Assembly: GCA_963977445.1 (NCBI GenBank)
Contig: CAXBPH010000102.1
Location: 1 to 21,841, forward strand
Direction: 5' to 3'
Length of the DNA stretch: 21,841 nucleotides
Origin: an uncultured bacterium
Lineage (GTDB): Bacteria > Hydrogenedentota > Hydrogenedentia > Hydrogenedentales > JAEUWI01
The translations under genes and the position numbers were made by a program. How positions within the stretch are numbered: position 1 is the first letter of the stretch; each line of letters starts with the position of its first letter. Below the pieces are notes generated by a model. That model saw only the letters and a program-made list of their open reading frames with translations, was not told where the DNA came from and made no database searches. This document shows, in pieces, positions 1-7,862 of the stretch.

Positions 1-2
1 CC

Positions 3-644
3 GGGTACCGGGATGGCAACTCCTATGTGCTCGAAGCCCCCGGCGGACTGATTCTCTTCGATGCCGGTTGTGGCGATACCCTGGAGCAGATATACGCCAA
101 TATGGCGTATTGGGGGCTTTCGGCAGACGATATAAAGGCCTGCGTATTGACCCACCCCCATTTCGACCACGCAGCGGGGGCCCACTTCCTGAAGGCGCGC
201 GGGGTGTCACTAATTGCCCACCGTGCGACAGCAGAAGCCGTCGCATCCGGTGATGAGCGTTGTTGTGGGTATCTCTATCACAAGACCTTTACGCCCTGCG
301 AGATAGATCAGGTTGTTGCCGATGGCGAGACGGTTGATGTATTGGGTATTTCACTCTCGGTGATGCACCTTCCCGGCCACAGCATGGGCTGCACGGCCTA
401 TCTGTTTGACTGGGAGGGAAAACGCGTCTGCGTGAGCGGCGATGTCATCGGCACCCTGCTCGATGGTCACTTCGGGTGGAGCGGCTCCTTCGATTTTGAT
501 AAGAATATCTATCTGAAGTCCTTAATCCGCTTTGCCCGTGTCGACACCGACATTATGCTTCCCGGCCACGGCATGATTTATTTCTATAAGCCACGGAGGC
601 GGGTCGAAGAGGCGATGAATATGGCCTTGATCGAATGGCGCTGA
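3..644 (+). CDS. MBL-fold metallo-hydrolase (5'-truncated by the window edge)
   Basis: The frame is open from position 3 (GYRDGNSYVLEAP...). It carries LILFDAG, THPHFDH (HxHxDH), PGHSMG, SGD and LPGHG, the standard metallo-beta-lactamase-fold motifs. Confidence 0.88.
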   Translation, partial: GYRDGNSYVLEAPGGLILFDAGCGDTLEQIYANMAYWGLSADDIKACVLTHPHFDHAAGAHFLKARGVSLIAHRATAEAVASGDERCCGYLYHKTFTPCEIDQVVADGETVDVLGISLSVMHLPGHSMGCTAYLFDWEGKRVCVSGDVIGTLLDGHFGWSGSFDFDKNIYLKSLIRFARVDTDIMLPGHGMIYFYKPRRRVEEAMNMALIEWR

Positions 645-657
645 TCGTGAGGCACCG

Positions 658-689
658 AGGCGTATCCAAGTTATAGCAACGCCTGTTTT
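658..689 (+). terminator. Possible weak intrinsic terminator after the MBL gene
   Basis: AGGCGT(658-663)...ACGCCT(679-684) followed by GTTTT. The stem is short and the loop long. Confidence 0.25.
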
Positions 690-741
690 GTATGTTAATA
701 TCAAGCCTGAGTTGATTGAGTTTTGTTGAAGGAGAGAGCGA

Positions 742-2421
742 ATGAAGGCCTTTACCATTGGCGTGGATTATGGCACCAATTCGGTGCGCGCTGTAGTTAT
801 CGATTGTTCGAATGGGGAAGAAATCGGGGCGAGCGTTTTCAATTACCCCTCGGGACACCAGGGGATTCTTCTCGACAAAGCGGACCACAATCTTGCCCGA
901 CAAAACCCTGCGGACTACGTGGCGGGCCTGGAATCTACGGTAGTCGGTGCCCTTTCCGCCGCAGATCAGGTAGAAGGCTTTCGTCGGGACGCTGTAATTG
1001 GTATCGGTGTAGACACCACCGGATCAACGCCCATTCCTGTCAATGACCAGTGTGTACCCTTGGGCATGACCGACGCATTTAAAGACAATTTGAATGCCCA
1101 GGCCTGGCTATGGAAAGACCACACCGCCGCCGATGAAGCCAGTAAGATTACCGCTCTGGGCTTTGAGCACCGTCCCCAATTTCTCGCAAAGTGTGGCGAA
1201 ACCTACTCTTCGGAGTGGTTCTGGTCGAAGATATGGCATTGTCTCAACGTAGACCGAGCGGTATTCGATGCCGCCCATTCCTGGGTAGAATGTGCCGACT
1301 ATGTGCCCGCCGTATTGGCTGGGGTAAATGATCCCGCCAAAATCGTTCGCGGCGTTTGTGCTGCTGGCCATAAGGCACTCTACTGTGATGAATGGGGTGG
1401 CCTGCCAGACAAAGAGTTTCTTTCCATGTTGGCTCCCGAATTGGCCGACCTTCGCGACCGCCTCTTTGAGAAAGCCTACGACGGCGCGACTCCTGCGGGC
1501 GCTTTGTGTGCTTCCTGGGCCACGACGTTGGGCCTTTCCGAGGGGATACCCCTTACCGTCGGGGCCATTGACGCCCATCTGGGCGCGGTGGGGGCCGGGG
1601 TGCAGCCGGGCGTGCTGGTGAAAATAATGGGGACCTCAACCTGTGACTGCACCGTCGCTCCCAATAGTGACACCCTGAGAGACATTCCCGGCATCTGCGG
1701 TATCGTGGACGGCTCCATACTTCCCGGGCACTACGGTCTTGAAGCAGGCCAGTCGGCGGTGGGCGATATATTCAAGTGGTTTGTCGAATCTGTTTGTTGT
1801 GGCGACGACTCCCTCCACATGGCGTTGACCAACGAGGCGGCCCGGCAGAAGCCGGGGCAATCGGGATTGCTTGCGCTGGATTGGAATAATGGAAACCGTA
1901 GCCTCCTGGTGGATTCGAAACTTACCGGCCTGATACTGGGCCAGACCCTGTACACGACGCAGGCGGAAATTTACCGTGCCCTTATTGAGGCGACAGCCTT
2001 CGGTGCCCGGGCAATTATCGAGCGATACAAAGAATACGGTGTCCCCGTGGAACGCATCATCTGCTGCGGCGGTATTGCCGAGAAAAACCCCATGCTCATG
2101 CAGATCTACGCCGACATTACCGGCTGCAAGATGCAAGTGTCTTCCTCCCAGCAGACCTGTGCCCTCGGTGCGGCGCTTGGCGCTGCGGTGATAGCCGGAC
2201 CCGAAAAAGGTGGCTATGCCAGCTACGTCGAGGCCCAGGCCAAAATGACTGGGGTCAAAGAAATTGAGTATACGCCGGTTGGGGCGCATCAGGCCGTATA
2301 TGATGAACTCTATGGTATATATATGAAAGTTCACGACGCCTTTGGCGGGGTCGATCGCGCGTCTGATTTGTCCGGGGTGATGAAGTCGCTCATCGCGTTG
2401 AAGGAACGTCAAAATAGTTAA
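742..2421 (+). CDS. araB: Ribulokinase (FGGY carbohydrate kinase)
   Basis: IGVDYGTNSVRA, GIGVDTTGSTP, LWKDHTA, YSSEWFWSK, AAGHKA, MGTSTCD, LEAGQSAVGDIF, LDWNNGNRS, YRALIEATAFG. RBS AAGGAG upstream. Confidence 0.9.
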   Translation: MKAFTIGVDYGTNSVRAVVIDCSNGEEIGASVFNYPSGHQGILLDKADHNLARQNPADYVAGLESTVVGALSAADQVEGFRRDAVIGIGVDTTGSTPIPVNDQCVPLGMTDAFKDNLNAQAWLWKDHTAADEASKITALGFEHRPQFLAKCGETYSSEWFWSKIWHCLNVDRAVFDAAHSWVECADYVPAVLAGVNDPAKIVRGVCAAGHKALYCDEWGGLPDKEFLSMLAPELADLRDRLFEKAYDGATPAGALCASWATTLGLSEGIPLTVGAIDAHLGAVGAGVQPGVLVKIMGTSTCDCTVAPNSDTLRDIPGICGIVDGSILPGHYGLEAGQSAVGDIFKWFVESVCCGDDSLHMALTNEAARQKPGQSGLLALDWNNGNRSLLVDSKLTGLILGQTLYTTQAEIYRALIEATAFGARAIIERYKEYGVPVERIICCGGIAEKNPMLMQIYADITGCKMQVSSSQQTCALGAALGAAVIAGPEKGGYASYVEAQAKMTGVKEIEYTPVGAHQAVYDELYGIYMKVHDAFGGVDRASDLSGVMKSLIALKERQNS

Positions 2422-2778
2422 AAATAGGTAGAAATTTGCGGGCCAATCGTTCGTTCTCGATTGTACGGATTTAGTACATTTCATTTTTAACTTTCTATTT
2501 TTCGTAGTTTAATGCACTATAGAGAGGTCTTCTGCGCCAAGATCGGTCATTAGCCCACTAAGCAGAAGAGGCAGATCACTTATGGTAGTCGACATAGGGG
2601 TGATGGCTACTTGTCGAGAATTGCGTGTATTTCGGGGCCGAGCAGCACAACGCAGTAGACGGCAGCATCAGGCTACGAATCAGCGGAGCCTGTGTCAGGA
2701 GAGATGATTGTCAGGTTCCTTATTCAATTCGGTGACAGACATCCAACCAGTGCGCACTTGGGATTTTGGAGCATGTCA

Positions 2779-4593
2779 ATGAAGGGTACGGGTGAAACGG
2801 GCGGCGTAGTGGCATACGACTCAAGGCTCAAACTGGAGCGCGCGGGGCGCCTGCATTCGTTTCATTGGATTGTCATTGTTCTTTCTTTCTGCCTCACCCT
2901 CTTCGCGTGGCGCTTTTCCTCATTGGAGCATGCCAAACGCGTCGAGCAGCGTTTTGATCGTGAGGTTGAGCAGGTGCTTGCACTCATCGACGATCGAATG
3001 CAGAAATACGAGGATGCATTGTGGGGGGGCGTCGCTTTTGTTGAGGCCTTGGACTGCGAAGTTGACTATGGCCAGTGGAAGCGCTACGCCGATAGTATTC
3101 ATATTGAGCAGAAGTACCCGGGAATCAATGGAATCGGGATAATTCACGCCATTGCAGCCGTTGACCTACCCGCCTATCTCGCGGAGCAGCGTACCCTGCG
3201 ACCCACCTACGACATCCATCCGGAGCACGATGGGGACGAGTTCTACCCAATTTCCTACATTATTCCCCTGGAAGGCAACGAAAAGGCTGTTGGCCTTGAC
3301 ATGGCCCACGAAACGAATCGCTTTATGGCCGCGAAGAAAGCCCGGGATACGGGCCTGGCACAAATCACAGGACCCATATCCTTGGTTCAGGATGCGGAAA
3401 AGACCCCGGGATTTCTCTTCTACGCGCCCTATTACGCGGATGGTTTCCCAGAAACATTGGAAACGCGACGCTCTAGCTTCCTGGGCATGGTCTACGCCCC
3501 CTTTGTGGTCAAGAAATTGATGGATGGTGTGTTGTCCCGTGATCGGAGACAGGTGGGGGTAGGGATTTCCGACGAGGGGGAAGTTCTCTATGATGAAAAT
3601 GTTCCAGGGGAACAATTCTACGACGCTGATCCCATGTTTGTGCATACAGAAATCCTTTCGCGCTATGGCCGACAGTGGGAGTTTGATATTCGGAGCGCAA
3701 CCTCCTTCCGTACTGCTCATACTACGAGCCAGCCATTGACCATCCTTCTGGGTGGTATCATGATTGATCTGATGTTGATTGGGCTCTTCGTCTACTTGAC
3801 CCGCGCTTCGCGTAGCGCGCTGCAATATGCCGATCTCATGACCGAGGAAGTGGAACGTCGGGCGTTAGACCTGGAGCGCCTGAACCTGGAGCTGGAACAC
3901 ACCAATCGCGAGCTGGATGAATTCACCCACATCGCCTCTCACGACCTGAAAGAGCCACTACGCGGAATCAGGAATTATTCTTCTTTTCTCTTGGAAGACT
4001 ATGAAGACAAACTGGACGATGAGGGTAAGGACAAACTCAATACACTAATCACCCTTTCAGAACGACTAACCCAGTTTATTGATGATCTCCACCACATGGC
4101 CCGCCTCGGTCGGGAAGAGCTCAATGTGACTAAATGTGACATGGGAGCGCTGGTAACGGAGGTGGTCAGCACGTTGAAGCCTTGGCTGGAGAGTGAAAAC
4201 GCCGTAGTGGAAATTGCGTCTGATATGCCCAGTGCGCGGTGTAACCCGGTATACCTTGGGCAGGTATTTAGAAATCTCATCGCCAATGGGATAAAATATA
4301 ATACTGCCGAAGAAAAGAAAGTTACTGTGGGCATCAGCTACGGCCCAGACGGTGAACGGTCTTATTTTGTAAAGGACAATGGGATCGGTATCCCCGAGCA
4401 GCAATATGACAATGTGTTTCGAATTTTCAAGCGGTTGCACGCTCGGGACAAATTCGGTGGGGGCTCTGGTTCGGGGCTCACACTTGCAAAAAAAATTGTT
4501 GAACGACATGATGGTAGAATATGGATAGAATCGAAAGAAAATCGGGGGACCGTTGTTTTCTTTACATTGAACCTCGAAGGGGTGAGTAAGTGA
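2779..4593 (+). CDS. CHASE-domain sensor histidine kinase
   Basis: Two TM segments flank a CHASE domain (YPGINGIG, PLEGNEKAVGLD, AQITGPISLVQD). H-box FTHIASHDLKEPLRGI, N-box NLIANGIKY, G1 VKDNGIGI, F-box FRIFKRL, G2 GSGLTL. Start placed at ATG 2779 (GGAG 7 nt upstream); ATG 2773 or GTG 2692 are alternatives. Confidence 0.9.
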   Translation: MKGTGETGGVVAYDSRLKLERAGRLHSFHWIVIVLSFCLTLFAWRFSSLEHAKRVEQRFDREVEQVLALIDDRMQKYEDALWGGVAFVEALDCEVDYGQWKRYADSIHIEQKYPGINGIGIIHAIAAVDLPAYLAEQRTLRPTYDIHPEHDGDEFYPISYIIPLEGNEKAVGLDMAHETNRFMAAKKARDTGLAQITGPISLVQDAEKTPGFLFYAPYYADGFPETLETRRSSFLGMVYAPFVVKKLMDGVLSRDRRQVGVGISDEGEVLYDENVPGEQFYDADPMFVHTEILSRYGRQWEFDIRSATSFRTAHTTSQPLTILLGGIMIDLMLIGLFVYLTRASRSALQYADLMTEEVERRALDLERLNLELEHTNRELDEFTHIASHDLKEPLRGIRNYSSFLLEDYEDKLDDEGKDKLNTLITLSERLTQFIDDLHHMARLGREELNVTKCDMGALVTEVVSTLKPWLESENAVVEIASDMPSARCNPVYLGQVFRNLIANGIKYNTAEEKKVTVGISYGPDGERSYFVKDNGIGIPEQQYDNVFRIFKRLHARDKFGGGSGSGLTLAKKIVERHDGRIWIESKENRGTVVFFTLNLEGVSK

Positions 4594-5051
4594 TGCTTAC
4601 CGATAAGAAGATAATTATGTTGGTGGAGGACTCCCCGGAGGACTTCGAAGCCGTTCGTCGGGCCTTTAAGAAGGCGGAGGTGAGTACGTCGCTCGTGCGC
4701 TTCGAGAGTGGCGACGAAGCGTTAAACTACCTTTTTAATCGCGAGCCCGACGGGGTCAATAAAACACCACCCTTGCCGTCGCTCATCTTGCTCGATTTGA
4801 ATTTGCCGGGACTCGATGGTCGCGGTGTACTCCATAAAATCAAGGGGGATTCTGCACTGCACACCATCCCGATAATAGTCTTTACGACGTCGCGGGATGA
4901 AAAGGATGTCGATTTCTGCTATGAACACGGTGCCAATGGCTACATTCAGAAGCCCATATGCATGGAAGAGCTGGTGAGTACGCTAAGGCGATTTCATAGC
5001 TTTTGGTTCGAGACGGCAATTTTGCCGGATTTGGGTAATGGAATTGAGTGA
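4593..5051 (+). CDS. Single-domain response regulator (Rcp1-like)
   Basis: MLVEDS, LILLDLNLPGLDG, PIIVFTTS, GANGYIQKP, FW near the C-terminus. TGATG stop/start overlap with the kinase. Confidence 0.9.
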   Translation: MLTDKKIIMLVEDSPEDFEAVRRAFKKAEVSTSLVRFESGDEALNYLFNREPDGVNKTPPLPSLILLDLNLPGLDGRGVLHKIKGDSALHTIPIIVFTTSRDEKDVDFCYEHGANGYIQKPICMEELVSTLRRFHSFWFETAILPDLGNGIE

Positions 5052-5053
5052 GT

Positions 5054-5734
5054 ATGTCCAAGATATCGGTTAGCCTCCTGCTTATTGACGATTGCGATGA
5101 AGATCGCATTGTCTACCGCCGTAGTTTGAGAGGGAGTCCACGCTACGAGTACACCATCCATGAAGCAGCAACGCTGGAAGAGGGCGCGGCAAAATTCCAC
5201 GAAGTCAAGCCCGATGGCGTATTGCTGGACTATCGGCTTCCTGATAGCGAAGGGATGGAGTTCTTCGAGCGTGTTCAGGGAAGCTTAGAAGGAACAGACT
5301 TCTTTGTAATCATGCTGACAGGGCAGGGCAGTGAACTAATAGCCGCCCAGGTCTTGAATAGGGGTGCTTCCGATTACTTGCCCAAGAGCCATGTCAGTGG
5401 GGATATCTTAAATCAATGTGTTCACTCCGCCTACGATCGAATGCTTCTGCGGCGTGCGGTGGCGGAGGAGCAGCGCGAAAAGGATCGTGTCATCGAACGC
5501 CTTCAATTCGCCCTGACCAAAATAAAACAACTCAGTCACCTGTTGCCCATCTGTGCCCACTGCAAGAATATCCGAAACGACGACGGATACTGGGAAGCCG
5601 TAGAATCCTATTTTTCCGATTTCGCCGGTGCCGAGTTCTCCCATGGCATCTGTCCCGATTGTATGCAGAAGCATTTCGGGCTGAGCGAAGAAGAAGTCTC
5701 TGAATTTAAAACGGAAAATCCGCCGACCGGTTGA
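5054..5734 (+). CDS. Response regulator with a C-terminal Cys-rich (CxxC...HGICxxC) domain
   Basis: Receiver LLLIDD, VLLDYRLPD, IMLTGQG, GASDYLPK. C-terminal LPICAHCKNIR...W...FSHGICPDC. Starts 2 nt after the previous stop. Confidence 0.87.
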   Translation: MSKISVSLLLIDDCDEDRIVYRRSLRGSPRYEYTIHEAATLEEGAAKFHEVKPDGVLLDYRLPDSEGMEFFERVQGSLEGTDFFVIMLTGQGSELIAAQVLNRGASDYLPKSHVSGDILNQCVHSAYDRMLLRRAVAEEQREKDRVIERLQFALTKIKQLSHLLPICAHCKNIRNDDGYWEAVESYFSDFAGAEFSHGICPDCMQKHFGLSEEEVSEFKTENPPTG

Positions 5735-5757
5735 CGTAGCACACGGTCAGGCTTGTT

Positions 5758-6660
5758 TCATTGGTCTACCTCGTATAATTTTCGCATCTCCCTATCGTGA
5801 AGCAGGTTCAATCCGGTTGGGTGCGCCGTGCGGTGGGCAAGTGCGTTTGCGTCATTAACCAGGAATTCGACCACTTCATTGGGTTCCGCCAGCCACACAT
5901 CGTCACCACCAAATGCCTTTACTGCTTCGAAGCGGGCCCGTAGTTCCTGTGACGTGCAATCTTTCGCCGGGTGAACGGCCACGTCGGGTTTGGGCATATG
6001 GCAGTAGTCCACCACCCATCCTTCCATCACCTGGGCCTGTTGAAGACGTTTCCACGGATCAAATTGAGAATAAAAGGGGCCGGGGTATTCCGTATGGAGC
6101 GGCGTGCGGCCGAGCCACATTAAATCCGTATCCAACGTATTTATCTTGTCGTAGATGGTGAGGATCGCGTCGTAGCCCGCTTCGGAAGCCGTGGCGATGG
6201 CGGGCGCATGACCATGGTTACTGCCAGGTACCGTAAAAATCGGGATTGAAACACCGAGTTTTTCGGCGAGCACCTTTCGGGCATCCACAACTTCTACCTG
6301 GGCATTTTCGTGGGTCACGCCGACGTGGGTCATGGAATGGCAAGAGGCCCCCCAGCCTTCCGCCATAAGCCCCTTCATCTGCTCAGGACTCAACGTCATC
6401 ATGTCGTGGTAGCTGCTTCCGGGCACGTTCCGAGGGATGCCCAGTTGGGAAGAGACAAAGGCCACATGGCCCGGGATGCCAAATTCCCGGTGGATGGGGA
6501 CGGCATAGTCGAGCAGGCCCGCACAGCCTTCGTCGTAGGTGATGGAATAGACCCATTTTTTGCCGTCTTTCCACGGGCCATCAGATTTGGCAAGGGCGGG
6601 CGAGGCCATCGCGGTACCCGCAGCGGCACCACTCAGGGAGAGGAAGCTTCGACGATCCAT
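5758..6660 (-). CDS. Tat-exported polysaccharide deacetylase (CE4/NodB)-like protein
   Basis: Twin-arginine signal MDRRSFL...ASPALA. SITYDEG (TFDDG-like), ASCHSMTH (HS/TxxH), DYCH. RBS AGGAG. Confidence 0.75.
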   Translation of the reverse strand: MDRRSFLSLSGAAAGTAMASPALAKSDGPWKDGKKWVYSITYDEGCAGLLDYAVPIHREFGIPGHVAFVSSQLGIPRNVPGSSYHDMMTLSPEQMKGLMAEGWGASCHSMTHVGVTHENAQVEVVDARKVLAEKLGVSIPIFTVPGSNHGHAPAIATASEAGYDAILTIYDKINTLDTDLMWLGRTPLHTEYPGPFYSQFDPWKRLQQAQVMEGWVVDYCHMPKPDVAVHPAKDCTSQELRARFEAVKAFGGDDVWLAEPNEVVEFLVNDANALAHRTAHPTGLNLLHDREMRKLYEVDQ

Positions 6661-6759
6661 TGGGGAACTCCTGTGTTCAGTTGCAGTAATGTCACTCGGG
6701 CTCTGGAAATAGACACGGGGCTCATCGGGAGGACGGTAGACTTGCCGAGTCGAACCCCT

Positions 6760-7848
6760 TTACTCCTTGCTCCTGTCTGTGAGATTAATCCATGACACCT
6801 GGGTGATCAAATGATTCAATGAGGCAAATGAAATCGACGCGTTGGTGGCATAAGCCGGGCTGCTGTTGGCAGGAAAGGTCGCCATCGTCGCATCACCCAC
6901 GAGAAACACGTTGAAGTCTTTCGAAAAATTATTGTAGCCGCAGGTCGTGCTGATGTAACACATATCGGTGGCGTAGCCCGTCATGAGGACGTGGCGGATA
7001 CCGTGTTCCTTCAGAAAGTCGCGGATGGCGTCGTAGCCGTCGGCATCGTAATGGACCACGTCGTTGTGGGCGACTTCGATGGTGTCGACCACGGGAACGG
7101 GAAGCTCCCAGAAGCCCTTGCCATTGTAGTGGTCGCCCGAATCGAGGCCGGGGAAATTCTTGAAATAGTCCGCGACCTTGTTCTCGTCATAGAGGGTCAG
7201 TCGGTCGGGAACATCTTGCGCGTCGTAATCGAAGCCGTTCAGAATTTCGGCCAATTCTTTTTTCCCCTCGGCCCGCTCTTCGGCGGAGGGGTTCTTGCGA
7301 ATGGTGCGGTAGATCTTGTCCAGCGGCGGCCGCTCCTTGTCCCGCTGGCTGTACACCACCATGCCCACCTTGTCCCGCATACGCTTCAAGAAGGGATTGA
7401 GCACTTCCTTGATGTGGAGGTGGGAGATATGGTTTTTGGTGGGGGTGCAAAAGTCTGCGACGCCCGCCGGTTCCGGGGAGCGCCAGCCCTGGTTGTCATC
7501 AATGGCCCAGGGGTGAACGACGATAATGGCTGTCTCCGACGCACGGAGGTGGTTGGGCATCTCAATGATGCCCCGCGCGTTGTAAGAAAAGCGCCAGGCC
7601 CGCACGTCGAGGTCCGCGTCTTCGTCGCGCACCAAGGCCGGGGCCTCAAAGCGGGTTTCCTCTTCCACCGGCTGGAAAAACTCGGGGTGTTCCGCCAGCA
7701 GCGGCGCGGGATTGTCTAGTTTTGTCAGGGTGTTATGGTACGTGGAGAAGGTGGGACTCCCATTTATCGATGCCTTTTGCAGCTCGGCCGACATGGGGGC
7801 GGCCGCGACCAGAATCAGGAACAGGGCGAGTCTTGAAAAGCTTTTCAC
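6760..7848 (-). CDS. Secreted isochorismatase/cysteine-hydrolase-like protein
   Basis: Sec signal peptide. ETAIIVVHPW at the first beta-strand, GIRHVLMTGYATDMC (nucleophile Cys motif), FNVFLVGDAT. GTG start with RBS GGAG. Confidence 0.65.
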   Translation of the reverse strand: MKSFSRLALFLILVAAAPMSAELQKASINGSPTFSTYHNTLTKLDNPAPLLAEHPEFFQPVEEETRFEAPALVRDEDADLDVRAWRFSYNARGIIEMPNHLRASETAIIVVHPWAIDDNQGWRSPEPAGVADFCTPTKNHISHLHIKEVLNPFLKRMRDKVGMVVYSQRDKERPPLDKIYRTIRKNPSAEERAEGKKELAEILNGFDYDAQDVPDRLTLYDENKVADYFKNFPGLDSGDHYNGKGFWELPVPVVDTIEVAHNDVVHYDADGYDAIRDFLKEHGIRHVLMTGYATDMCYISTTCGYNNFSKDFNVFLVGDATMATFPANSSPAYATNASISFASLNHLITQVSWINLTDRSKE

Positions 7849-7862
7849 GGCTGCGGGTTCTC

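Noticed and set aside
1636..2484. 282-aa minus-strand ORF (similarly 18054-18935, 6991-7719, 11025-11813, 3166-3825)
   Set aside because: These are antisense to confidently identified genes and carry no family motifs.
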